Below the pieces are notes generated by a model. It had not been told where the DNA came from, did no database searches, and was given only the letters and a program-made list of their open reading frames with translations. Made by a program: the position numbers and the translations under genes. Shown here piece by piece: positions 31,842 to 40,947 of a DNA stretch of 64,000 nt. Every line of letters begins with the position of its first letter. Position 1 is the first letter of the stretch. The DNA lies in the IMG/VR virus record IMGVR_UViG_3300031992_000042, positions 41,696 through 105,695 of that record. One strand, written 5' to 3'. This DNA comes from a virus (taxonomy: Duplodnaviria; Caudoviricetes).

Positions 31842-32099
31842 ATGAAATACGAAAGAGGAGAACAGGTTCAAATAAAAGATAATTTTGCAACATTAAGGTT
31901 TGTCAACGATCCCCAGATTGACCCAAAGATGTTGTCATACGCAGGTAAAATATTTGTAATATCAAAATGGTATAACGAAACTTATAAATGGTACAAGCTT
32001 GAAAATAATCAGTTTGTCTGGGATGAACGTTGGCTAGATCCTGTCGAAGACAATATAACAATGACTGAAAATGATATTTTGGATATGTTTAAGGAATAA
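31842..32099 (+). CDS. SH3/KOW-like small protein (paralog 2)
   Basis: YERGEQVQIK..FVWDERWLDPV. Confidence 0.6.
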   Translation: MKYERGEQVQIKDNFATLRFVNDPQIDPKMLSYAGKIFVISKWYNETYKWYKLENNQFVWDERWLDPVEDNITMTENDILDMFKE

Positions 32100-32104
32100 A
32101 TACG

Positions 32105-32446
32105 ATGGTTAAGAAAATTGAATATATAGAAACGCCTTTTGCAGGCAGAGATAGTTCTAAAATTGGAAAGTTTACTCAAGATATAAGAAATATTATCGAA
32201 AATAAAATTGAATACGCAGAACTAATAGATATGCCTTACGCAGATTCTACCGCAAACGAAGATCTCGGTTATAAAGCAAGAAGAATTTGCAGGGACTATT
32301 TCTGGGAAAAATATTATTGCGGTCCAGAAGCGACTGATTTTTTTAAATTTGCTAAACGTACAAAGGAGGACGGTGTTCATTGGTATGTGCAGTTTAATGT
32401 AACTGGTTTTGAGAAGATGGTGAATAAATGCTTGAAGAGTTCTTGA
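32105..32446 (+). CDS. Hypothetical protein
   Basis: ORF track. Confidence 0.55.
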   Translation: MVKKIEYIETPFAGRDSSKIGKFTQDIRNIIENKIEYAELIDMPYADSTANEDLGYKARRICRDYFWEKYYCGPEATDFFKFAKRTKEDGVHWYVQFNVTGFEKMVNKCLKSS

Positions 32447-32736
32447 ATCATAAACTCTTAATTCGCATTGCAGGCGCAACAATAGACGATTTAAAAGAAC
32501 TTGATAAAATAATAGGACTTCCTTATTTGTCAGGCGATAGATTATACGAAAAATATACAGATACAAGTGTTGAAAGATATTTGCATCATCGCGTAAACAA
32601 AGGTGGTTTGTCTTTTTCTGATAAGCCTGTCGATGTTTATGATGGAAACAAACCTATTCCATTTATAAACTATTATGAATTGTTTGAAAAAAACATGGAA
32701 ATATCCTCTGAAGAAATAGAAAGTTTGTTTAGGTAA
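32428..32736 (+). CDS. Hypothetical protein (tandem paralog of 32741-33064)
   Basis: MLEEFLNHKLLI. Confidence 0.6.
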   Translation: MLEEFLNHKLLIRIAGATIDDLKELDKIIGLPYLSGDRLYEKYTDTSVERYLHHRVNKGGLSFSDKPVDVYDGNKPIPFINYYELFEKNMEISSEEIESLFR

Positions 32737-32740
32737 AAAT

Positions 32741-33064
32741 ATGCTTGAAGAATTTTTAGATCATAAACTACTGATCAATATAAAAGGTGCGTCAGTAGAA
32801 GAGCTTAGAAAACTTGATGAGCTTATCGGTGTCAAATTTCTATCTAATAGAACAATAGAAGATATTCCGTCTAAAGATGACAGATATTTACACTGCAGAA
32901 CATCTCAAGAATTTGATAGAAAATATATTTCGTTTTCGATGGACCCGATTGATGCTTTTGAAGAGCGTAAGCCTATGCCGTATGTTTATTATTATGAAAT
33001 ACTCTGTCTGGCTAATAATTTTGAATTAAAAGAAGATGATCTGATGAATTTATTAAAGGAGTGA
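32741..33064 (+). CDS. Hypothetical protein (tandem paralog of 32428-32736)
   Basis: MLEEFLDHKLLI. Confidence 0.6.
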   Translation: MLEEFLDHKLLINIKGASVEELRKLDELIGVKFLSNRTIEDIPSKDDRYLHCRTSQEFDRKYISFSMDPIDAFEERKPMPYVYYYEILCLANNFELKEDDLMNLLKE

Positions 33065-33522
33065 TTGCTGTGCTTAAATTTGAAAAGGGCGACATTGTCA
33101 CCGGAAACTATCCCATTTTCTGCCAGCAGGTCAACTGTAAGGGTGTAATGGGAGCAGGTTTAGCCAAACAAATTAAGACTAAATATTCTGAAGTATACAA
33201 TCAGTATAAAATGTATTGCGATGTAGCTTCACTTGGTAAATGCGATTATGTGCCAACAAAAGACAGACGCATCTGTATTAACATGTTCGCTCAGGATGGA
33301 TATGGTCGCGATAAAAGATACACAGACTACGATGCTTTTAAAGAATGTCTTGAACATATTTCATTCTTTATGAAATTTCGTTCGAAGAATAAACCAAGTA
33401 TTGCATTCCCCTACGGTATTGGATGCGGATTAGCAGGCGGAGACTGGTATATCATTCTCGGTATGTTGAAAGACTTTGCAGAAAAGATTCCGCAGGATGT
33501 TATTATCGTCGAAAAGGAGTAA
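33061..33522 (+). CDS. Macrodomain protein (ADP-ribose binding/hydrolase)
   Basis: GDI..QVNCKGVMGAGLAKQI..FPYGIGCGLAGGDW. Confidence 0.88.
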   Translation: MIAVLKFEKGDIVTGNYPIFCQQVNCKGVMGAGLAKQIKTKYSEVYNQYKMYCDVASLGKCDYVPTKDRRICINMFAQDGYGRDKRYTDYDAFKECLEHISFFMKFRSKNKPSIAFPYGIGCGLAGGDWYIILGMLKDFAEKIPQDVIIVEKE

Positions 33523-33707
33523 GCCTATGGAATTATCTAAGAATGACAACAGAAATCTAAAAGCATTTGGTCTGCATGAGCATACTTGTTATGTGTGCGG
33601 CAAAGAATTTGAATGTAGAGTTGATTATGTATATAAAAAATATACTACAAGGTCTAAAGGAACAGAATATTATTGTTCTTATACATGTATGAGGAAGGCA
33701 GAAAAAA

Positions 33708-33962
33708 ATGATATTTAAAGAAGGAAACCATGTTCGAGTTAAAGAAGGTTTTCAAGAAATAAGATATAAAGGCGACCCGGGTGTTGTTTCAGAAATGCTG
33801 CCTTGTATAGGACAAGAATTTACTATAAAACAGATGCTTTCAGCAAAAAGTTGTTTGCTTGAAAACAATTATTGGACTTGGTCTACCGAATGGTTAGAAC
33901 TTATAGAAGACCAATGTAAAGAAATACAAGTAAACGAATTAGAAATAATGAATATGTTTTAA
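33708..33962 (+). CDS. SH3/KOW-like small protein (paralog 3)
   Basis: FKEGNHVRVK..WTWSTEWLELI. Confidence 0.6.
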   Translation: MIFKEGNHVRVKEGFQEIRYKGDPGVVSEMLPCIGQEFTIKQMLSAKSCLLENNYWTWSTEWLELIEDQCKEIQVNELEIMNMF

Positions 33963-33971
33963 GGAGTTTAT

Positions 33972-34757
33972 ATGGAGTTTCGAGATAAGTATGCGTTTTT
34001 AAGTAATATGTATTCCTGTCCTATTCATTATAAAGGAGAAACTTTTCCTTGTATAGAAACTGCTTTTCAATGGGAAAAATGTGCAGATGTCAACGAACAA
34101 GAGAAGTTCATAAATAATAAAGGCTATTTTGTAAACGGATTTGTTGCACGTAAACTTGGTCGGCAGGTAAAACTAAGAGACGACTGGAAGTATGCACGAC
34201 TGACTGTTATGTATGACCTTCTTGAAGAGAAATTTTGTCGCAATGAAAAACTTCGACAAGCACTAAAAGATACAGGAAATATTTGGATTCAGGAAGACAA
34301 TGACTGGGGCGATACATTCTGGGGTGTTTGCAATGGCGTAGGAGAAAATATGCTAGGCAAAATGATAATGGAAATACGTCAGAATATTCAAGACTGCGAT
34401 AGAGACGTCAAGAAAGTTATTGTCGCAGGAAGTAGAAATTTTAAAGATTATAAATTGCTCTGTAAACGACTGGATTATTATTTTTCTAATATTCAACCGA
34501 TTATTATTTGCGGTGAAGCTCGAGGCGCAGATACCTTAGGCAGAAAATACGCAGAAGAACATAATTACTTAATTGAATCTTATCCTGCTGATTGGTCAAA
34601 AGGCAGAGATGCAGGATATATAAGAAATAAAAGAATGGCAGAAGTTGCAGATTGTGCAATATGCTTTTGGAATGGAAAATCTAAAGGGACAGAACACATG
34701 ATCGATACAATGAAGAAACTGAATAAACCTGTAAAGGTGGTGAAATTTGTTGATTAA
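33972..34757 (+). CDS. NADAR domain fused to SLOG (YspA/DUF2493-like) domain
   Basis: FLSNMY..E.AFQ..KF..L..TG..WGDTFWG..GENMLGKMIMEIR, then VIVAGSR..GEARGAD..AGYIRN..FWNGKSKGT. Confidence 0.85.
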   Translation: MEFRDKYAFLSNMYSCPIHYKGETFPCIETAFQWEKCADVNEQEKFINNKGYFVNGFVARKLGRQVKLRDDWKYARLTVMYDLLEEKFCRNEKLRQALKDTGNIWIQEDNDWGDTFWGVCNGVGENMLGKMIMEIRQNIQDCDRDVKKVIVAGSRNFKDYKLLCKRLDYYFSNIQPIIICGEARGADTLGRKYAEEHNYLIESYPADWSKGRDAGYIRNKRMAEVADCAICFWNGKSKGTEHMIDTMKKLNKPVKVVKFVD

Positions 34758-34998
34758 TGTTTGTGCGCATTATTGTGGCACAACAATTTTAATAGACTCT
34801 TTCAAAACAGAAGAAGAAGCAAAAGAGTTTATGAAACATGATTATATTTTATATTATGCAGACGAGCTTGAAAACGCAGAAGAAGATGAAATAATTTACT
34901 CGAATGAAATGTTTATCGAAGATGAACTGCCTTTCTTTGAAACACAAACGCCGCAAATTAAATTTGAAGATGTAAATTTAGATGAGCTGCCATTTTGA
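34747..34998 (+). CDS. Acidic small protein ending in DELPF
   Basis: ORF track. Confidence 0.55.
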   Translation: MLINVCAHYCGTTILIDSFKTEEEAKEFMKHDYILYYADELENAEEDEIIYSNEMFIEDELPFFETQTPQIKFEDVNLDELPF

Positions 34999-35003
34999 CG
35001 TTC

Positions 35004-35036
35004 GCCAGCCGCAAGCGGCTGGCATTATACTTTGAA
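35004..35036 (+). promoter_or_regulatory. Repeated palindromic motif C (GCCARCCGCAAGCGGYTGGC-nn-TATAC-nn-TGAA); copies at 38209 and 42784
   Basis: Three intergenic copies with a compensatory stem change. Confidence 0.6.
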
Positions 35037-35098
35037 TTTATTTTCTCTTTCTTTCTTGACTTAACCTAGTTACAGAAATACAGGATGGACTTACAATA

Positions 35099-35488
35099 AT
35101 GAAATATATAGAAAGCTTTATGCTTGGGAAAATAGGCATAGATATTATTAATTCAGATGCGGCTGACATCAAACAAATATCAAACTATATCGAAAGTCAT
35201 TACATAAACTTTATAGAAACACCTCTTACATTTTTTGACGGACCCATAATTAATACATTGTATGACTATTATATCTATCTTTTGAATGAAGACACAAAAA
35301 ATCCGTGGCAAGTATTAGTCTATGAAAAAGATTTAAGAACTTTTAATGGGTATCGTGGGACGTCAGCCGAACAATATAGAGATGAATATACAGTAATGAC
35401 CGCCGAAGAAATACTGGAAAAGAAAGTAAAAGAGATAACAGAAAATGATATAGAAGGTTTGTTATGTTTAAAGTTGGAGACAAAGTAA
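35099..35488 (+). CDS. Hypothetical protein
   Basis: ORF track. Confidence 0.55.
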   Translation: MKYIESFMLGKIGIDIINSDAADIKQISNYIESHYINFIETPLTFFDGPIINTLYDYYIYLLNEDTKNPWQVLVYEKDLRTFNGYRGTSAEQYRDEYTVMTAEEILEKKVKEITENDIEGLLCLKLETK

Positions 35489-35718
35489 GAATAAGAGAAG
35501 ATACGCATGATGTAGGAGGACTTTATTGGCTCTCTGAGATGGATAAGTTTCGTGGAATTGAGACATGTATTAAAAGCACAAATGGACGTTGGTATCATCT
35601 TGAAAAAGGTTCTTACGAAGGCAGTGATACATATGCGTATGATGAATCCTGGCTTGAATTAATTACAGAAGATAATTTTAGTATTGAAGAAAAAGAAATA
35701 GAAAAATTTTTTACATAA
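35464..35718 (+). CDS. SH3/KOW-like small protein (paralog 4)
   Basis: FKVGDKVRIR..YAYDESWLELI. Confidence 0.6.
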   Translation: MFKVGDKVRIREDTHDVGGLYWLSEMDKFRGIETCIKSTNGRWYHLEKGSYEGSDTYAYDESWLELITEDNFSIEEKEIEKFFT

Positions 35719-35730
35719 AGGAGATAAAAA

Positions 35731-36516
35731 ATGGCTAACACAAAGAAAATTAAAGTTGAAGTTGAAAACAACGAAGGTAAAACTGAAGTTATGGAGCTTC
35801 CTGAGCGAGCAACAGAGCGAATTGAGATTAAGAAAGTTCCTGTTGAAAAAGTTCGTGTAAAGATTGTTGGAGATACTCCGCTTCTTGTTCATGCATGGTC
35901 TGAAAAAGTTAAGAAACAGCTTTTGACTGATATGCAGATGTCAAAGCGTGAAAAGAAAGAAAAAGAACACGAGAAGAAAGATCCGTTTGCGGATTTTGTT
36001 GAAGCTGCATACTGGATTACTCCTATGCCCCAGGTTCGTGGACTTCCGTTTGAAGAACAGGTTAAATTGTTTGAAAAAGCAATCGAAGATGGAGCTAAAT
36101 TTGGATTTCCCACAATTGCGTTTAAGAAAGCTGCTATTACTGCTTGTTATAGCGCAGGATATATTAAGAGTACAGCTCTTATGCGCAGGCTGTTCCATGT
36201 TAACGCTGTGAATGGTGCGCATGTTGGCTCTTCTCAGGAACTGGCAATTATCGATATTGAAGAACCGCCGGAATTGTCTGAAGACGTTGTAAAAGTTGGT
36301 CCTTTCAATAATCGTGTACCTGATCTTCGTTATCGTCCTTCTTTCCGTAAATGGTCTGTTGAACTTGAACTGAGCCTTATCAAGACAGGTATGTTTACAC
36401 TTGAAGATATTGTTAATGCCGTTGATATGGGCGGATTTATGAATGGCGTCGGTGAATGGCGCACAGAGAAAGACGGAGAATTTGGTAATTATCATGTTTA
36501 CAGGGAGGGTGAGTAA
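35731..36516 (+). CDS. Stand-alone Cas7/RAMP-like protein (Vipr-like)
   Basis: IVGDTPLLVH (RAMP strand 1), FPTIAFKKA (P..s.K motif), RP.F..W, C-terminal Gly-rich loop GGFMNGVGEWR..DGEFG. Confidence 0.7.
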   Translation: MANTKKIKVEVENNEGKTEVMELPERATERIEIKKVPVEKVRVKIVGDTPLLVHAWSEKVKKQLLTDMQMSKREKKEKEHEKKDPFADFVEAAYWITPMPQVRGLPFEEQVKLFEKAIEDGAKFGFPTIAFKKAAITACYSAGYIKSTALMRRLFHVNAVNGAHVGSSQELAIIDIEEPPELSEDVVKVGPFNNRVPDLRYRPSFRKWSVELELSLIKTGMFTLEDIVNAVDMGGFMNGVGEWRTEKDGEFGNYHVYREGE

Positions 36517-36517
36517 T

Positions 36518-36802
36518 ATGAATATTAATGAAATAGTTGATTATCTGCTTAATATAAAATTTGAAGGTTTAATTGATGCTCCTTATATTGAAATTGGGAA
36601 AAATAATAACAATCAATATACCGCAGAATTAAGTAATGTTTGGGTTCTGTCTGACGACGAAGAAAGCATGGCTGGCGAGTATGGAGTTGGATCAACAGTC
36701 GAAGAAGCATTATCAAACTATATTGCCATAATTAAAGGGAAAACGCTTATTATTCAAGATGAACTTGAAGAAGAAAAAGAATATACAGCATTTGTTAGTT
36801 GA
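36518..36802 (+). CDS. Hypothetical acidic protein between RAMP gene and accessory gene
   Basis: GAGGGTG RBS before MNINE. Confidence 0.55.
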   Translation: MNINEIVDYLLNIKFEGLIDAPYIEIGKNNNNQYTAELSNVWVLSDDEESMAGEYGVGSTVEEALSNYIAIIKGKTLIIQDELEEEKEYTAFVS

Positions 36803-36816
36803 CGAGGTGAATAAAT

Positions 36817-37311
36817 ATGGGTCAAGCGTTTGAATATAAGTATCGAGTAAGCGGCATTGTTAAAGCTCCTGCAGAAATAACTGGCAGAGTCTGCAAAAGC
36901 TTAATCGATGAAGATGGTGCAGTAACGCCTGAAAGACTCGTTGAGGTTAGTAAGCCTAAAGATGCTCCGCTTCATAACGAATTTGAATGGAATAACACAA
37001 TTGCAGCGCAGAAATATCGTGAAGAACAAGCACGTCAAATTATCAAGAATATTGTAATAATGGAAGTTTCAGAAGAAATTGGTGAGCCTAAACAAGTTAA
37101 ATGTTGGGTTAACAGTGATCGTGCTTTTGTTCCTACTGATGAAAGACTACATCGGTATGTCACAATTGATACGGCTTTAAGCACAGAAGCATGGCGTAAG
37201 AATCTTCTTAAAGCTGCAAGAAGAGATATGACATCGTTTATTGCTAAATATAGACGACTGACTGAATTAAGTAAAATTATCGATGATATGAACGATTTCC
37301 TTGGAGCCTAA
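36817..37311 (+). CDS. Phage protein (TPE.LV..S.P...PLH..FEW...AA.KYR..QAR), candidate accessory of the RAMP/array system
   Basis: Recognisable phage hypothetical motif; immediately upstream of the array. Confidence 0.65.
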   Translation: MGQAFEYKYRVSGIVKAPAEITGRVCKSLIDEDGAVTPERLVEVSKPKDAPLHNEFEWNNTIAAQKYREEQARQIIKNIVIMEVSEEIGEPKQVKCWVNSDRAFVPTDERLHRYVTIDTALSTEAWRKNLLKAARRDMTSFIAKYRRLTELSKIIDDMNDFLGA

Positions 37312-37367
37312 GAGCTAAGAGGCGCTGTAAGATCTCTCGAAGTGGATGAAAAGTCTGAACATGGTTA

Positions 37368-38053
37368 GGCAGCCTGGGTGGGGTCGGTATAGGCGCGTAC
37401 AGGTGCGTTGGGTTATGTTAGGGCAGTCAAGGTTAGTTGCGGCTCGAACGGGTTAGTACGGGTGTGTTATGCCAAGGCAGTCATGGTGGCGCGAGATAGG
37501 TTACGTTGAGAACGGGTTTGTTTAGCAGTGGCAGTCGTGGAATGTAAAGGCACGTTAAGTTGTGTAGGGGATAGCATAGGCAGTCGTGGTACGCTTAGTT
37601 TCGTATGGACTAGTTGTGCAATGGCAGTCACGGTGGGTTGAGTAATGTTACGGCAGGGACAGGCTTGGTTAGTTCTGGCAGTCTAGGTTAGTAATGTTGC
37701 GTAGTGGTTCGTTTAGTACGGGCGGCGTATGGCAGTCTAGGTGTGGACAGGAGGCGGTTTGTCTGTGTTGGTTCCGTTACGGCAGTCGAGGTTAGTTCCG
37801 TTATGTTACGTACAGGTGGGCTATGGCAGTCATGGTGAGCTGTGTTAGCGAGAGGCGTGGTCTGGTTGCGTCGAGGCAGTCAAGGTCAGGTAATGCCTGG
37901 TCGGTCGGGTTACGTTATGATTTGTTGGCGTAAGGGTCGGCAGTCGGGGTGTGTACCGGAGTGTTAACGTCCGACACGTTATGTTCGGGCTGTCTAGGCA
38001 AGATAAGGTATCGTATGCTGAGTTGGGTACTGCTATGTCTTGTAGTGGCTGTC
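37368..38053 (+). repeat. Array of 14 GGCAGTC anchors separated by 7-11 pentamers (mostly G-K-H-N-N); candidate guide-RNA array
   Basis: Anchors at 37368, 37422, 37476, 37530, 37579, 37623, 37677, 37731, 37781, 37825, 37875, 37939, 37988, 38047; spacings 54,54,54,49,44,54,54,50,44,50,64,49,59. Confidence 0.9.
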
Positions 38054-38497
38054 TAAGAAATTCGCGCTGGGGAGACGCGAAGAAATATCTCCCCATTCTT
38101 GTGGGATAATATAAAACGATTTTATACTACTATGTTTAGTTATAAAAACTATCTATAACTACGTTTGTTCTGCTAAATAAAAAAGCTTAAAACTCTAATA
38201 ATTTCAACGCCAACCGCAAGCGGTTGGCACTATACCGTGAACTCCTGGTACTTACCATCGGGCACCAGCGATCTACATATAATTTATAGAATATTCTAAG
38301 AAATAATGTTTGATAAAATGAAAAGAATATTTCTGTAATTAAAAAGCAATTTCTCTGTAAAAGATGAAGGTGTGTCAGAGAAATAGCAAGCAAAATTTGA
38401 CATTTTCTGTGCGATAACACCTCCTCGCACATGACCGAAAAGAGAGACTGGTGTATTGATGGGGCATCAGCCTCTCTTCTTTTTAAAGGAGATTTAC

Positions 38498-38995
38498 ATG
38501 AGATACCTTGTTGTTGAAGAAGATGAAATTTATGATGATATCGACGAAGCAATAAAGCAATGTATTGAAGATGATTGGCATCGAGACGATGATTATTTTG
38601 AAGAATGGGTTAATGACCGATATAATCCTGTTGAAATAAACGGTGAATGGTATAACCCATATGATATCTTGGATAATATGGACCAAGGTAATCTTGATGA
38701 TCTTCGGGATGAATACTGTGAAAGTGAAAATGAAAATGACGGAGATGATGCTCGATATGAAATTGAACATGGAAGAATTGGCGACTTAATTACTGTTCAT
38801 AACCATACAATTGAAATTCTTGACGATGAAGACCTCGAAGAAATTAGTGATTACGATGGGGACGAACATCTTGAAACGATTGAAGATGTCCGTGCTCGGT
38901 TAAAACAAGAAAATGAATTTAAAGTCGAGCAAACTATACAGACAGAAAAAGAAGAAAAAGATCTTATGAATATGTTTCAGATAGTAGGTGAGTAA
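38498..38995 (+). CDS. Highly acidic hypothetical protein
   Basis: AAGGAGA RBS before MRYLV. Confidence 0.6.
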   Translation: MRYLVVEEDEIYDDIDEAIKQCIEDDWHRDDDYFEEWVNDRYNPVEINGEWYNPYDILDNMDQGNLDDLRDEYCESENENDGDDARYEIEHGRIGDLITVHNHTIEILDDEDLEEISDYDGDEHLETIEDVRARLKQENEFKVEQTIQTEKEEKDLMNMFQIVGE

Positions 38996-39368
38996 TATGG
39001 GTTACTATACAGATTATACACTTACGGTCCGCAAAATAAAAAACGAAGAAGAGTTTAATAAACTGAATGAATATCTAAAAGAAAAAGAGATTATTAATTA
39101 TGCTATCCAAGAAGGCGACTACGATCCGAACCATCAAGAAGCGGTTTTCTATCCTTATGACAGTGTCAAATGGTATGATCATTCAGAAGCAATGGTAGGG
39201 ATTGCAGAAAAATTTCCTAAAATGTATTTCGAACTTGAAGGCGCAGGAGAAGTATCTGGGGACTTCTGGAAAGAATATTATCACGATATGGACATAGAAT
39301 ATTGTCGTGGTGAAGTTGTTTACGAACAGCCAAAGAAAGTAGCTTGGCAAGACTTGCTTGTGATATAA
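38988..39368 (+). CDS. Hypothetical protein (MGYYTDY..KWY..GE family)
   Basis: ORF track. Confidence 0.6.
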   Translation: MSNMGYYTDYTLTVRKIKNEEEFNKLNEYLKEKEIINYAIQEGDYDPNHQEAVFYPYDSVKWYDHSEAMVGIAEKFPKMYFELEGAGEVSGDFWKEYYHDMDIEYCRGEVVYEQPKKVAWQDLLVI

Positions 39369-39369
39369 T

Positions 39370-39476
39370 TAGTTCGGTACCGAAACTTGAGACCTTTCTA
39401 AGTTTGGTATAAAGGAGAAGGATATATAGTTAGGTACCGAACTTTGAAGCCTTTCTAAGTTATGCATAAGGGGAGA
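39370..39476 (+). promoter_or_regulatory. Tandem pair of motif A upstream of the tRNA cluster
   Basis: Two copies of TAGTTMGGTACCGAA..CTTTCTAAGTT..ATAARGG. Confidence 0.65.
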
Positions 39477-39482
39477 GAGCAC

Positions 39483-39568
39483 GTCCAGATGTCCGAGCTT
39501 GGTTTAAGGAGATAGTCCTGAAAACTATTGAGTGTAATGCTCCGCAGGTTCGAATCCTGCTCTGGACG
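39483..39568 (+). tRNA. tRNA-Ser(TGA) with C at position 33
   Basis: GTCCAGA/TCTGGAC acceptor, long variable arm, loop CC-TGA-AA, GTTCGAATC, discriminator G. Confidence 0.75.
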
Positions 39569-39740
39569 CTTTTATATGCGGATATGATAGAATCGGCAGG
39601 TTCAACTCCTGCGTCCGTACTTAAAGACCCGGACAATTGCATATTGAGTCTTTAGCCTTTACCAAGCTTTCTTTAGGTATGCGACTTTCGTCTGCTGTAG
39701 TTAACAGCAGTCTATTTTTATATATAGGAGTGGTAAACCT

Positions 39741-40172
39741 ATGCATGATTTATCTAATTACAATATTTATACTTGTAAAGATGGCAGAGTTAGAGCATAT
39801 AACAAAATAACTCATGCTGTAACATCCTATCCAAGATTACTAATGGAAATAAAACTTGGACGACCTTTATTAAAAACAGAAGATGTTCATCATATTGATG
39901 AAAATCCGCAGAATAATAACATTGAAAATCTAGAAGTTGTTGATCATCGCGAGCACGATAGGCAACATGCACGAAAATATTTTGATAAAGAAATGATATG
40001 TCCAATTTGTGGCAAAACGTTTATTTGGACGGCATATCAACAAGTAAAAAGAGCTGGTAATATGCAAAGAAAAAATAGAATAATACCTAAAATCGGACCA
40101 TGTTGTTCTAAATCATGTGCTGGTAAAGCAAGTGCAATGACAATTAAAGAAAATAAAAGAAAGGCTGTTTGA
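39741..40172 (+). CDS. HNH homing endonuclease with Zn finger
   Basis: DVHHIDENPQNNNIENL..H; CPICG..CC. Confidence 0.85.
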   Translation: MHDLSNYNIYTCKDGRVRAYNKITHAVTSYPRLLMEIKLGRPLLKTEDVHHIDENPQNNNIENLEVVDHREHDRQHARKYFDKEMICPICGKTFIWTAYQQVKRAGNMQRKNRIIPKIGPCCSKSCAGKASAMTIKENKRKAV

Positions 40173-40186
40173 CAGCCTTTATATAT

Positions 40187-40472
40187 GCTCTCTTGTCGGA
40201 ATTAGGCATACGAAGCGGACTTTGAAATGAGCACCAAGATAAGAAATTTCTTGAGTGAATGCTGGCTAATTCGGTGAAACTCTCATTGAGACAACGCCGA
40301 GCTAAATTCGTAGCGATACGATAAACGTGTAGAGACTATATACCAGCTACCTAAATCGAAAGACATGGTAAAGACATAGTCCAGACTACAACAGAAATGG
40401 CTGTGGCGACACAGAGTAGTAAGAAAATCCGTTGCCCGAAAGGGATTGGGGGTTCGATTCCCCCAGAGAGCA
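40187..40472 (+). tRNA. tRNA-Leu(TAA) interrupted by group I intron; exons 40187-40222 and 40424-40472
   Basis: GCTCTCT/AGAGAGC acceptor; spliced loop CTTAAAA in stem GCGGA/TCCGT. Confidence 0.85.
40223..40423 (+). mobile_element. Group I intron in tRNA-Leu anticodon
   Basis: P7 elements GTAGAGACTA and AAGACATAGTCC; terminal G; insertion after U34. Confidence 0.85.
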
Positions 40473-40632
40473 CGTTCGAGGTTCATACAGCGAAAGCTAC
40501 CCTCGCGGACGAAGGTATGAATACTACACGGTCTTAAACCCAACAGGACAAACAGCGGCAGTAGTTGTAGGTTGAAGTCGAGCAATGGGGAACAACCTTC
40601 TGGCTGCTAGGAAAGACTAGCTTCATATATAT

Positions 40633-40709
40633 GCCAGATTAGCTCAGTTGGCATGAGCAGTTGATTTGTAATCATCAGGTCAAGGGTTCAAGTCCCTTAT
40701 CTGGCTCCA
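40633..40709 (+). tRNA. tRNA-Thr(TGT)
   Basis: Cloverleaf, loop TTTGTAA, encoded CCA. Confidence 0.85.
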
Positions 40710-40947
40710 AGAACGTCTGAGACAGAATTCTAGAACAACTGTCAATAAGAAAACACTCTATGAGATAGACCTTTAAGGATAAAATGCTCCTGCACTCGAG
40801 AAAAGCGAAAATAAAAATTTACGCAGGATTTCGGAAGCTCGTTTTCTTAACGTTCCACATTACATCATTATTAAAAGACAAATTCTCCTACGATGACTTA
40901 TAGGAAAGACTATACGGTTGCTGGGTGCTGCTAAACCCAGTGCTTAT

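Noticed and set aside
37368-38053. Calling the array a canonical CRISPR or TIGR array
   Set aside because: The anchor is only 7-11 nt, the spacers have an internal 5-nt period, and no cas1/cas2 or Nop-domain gene is seen
37845-38096. 83-aa minus-strand ORF over the array
   Set aside because: No RBS; likely a by-product of the repeat composition; a 5-nt period does not fit coding
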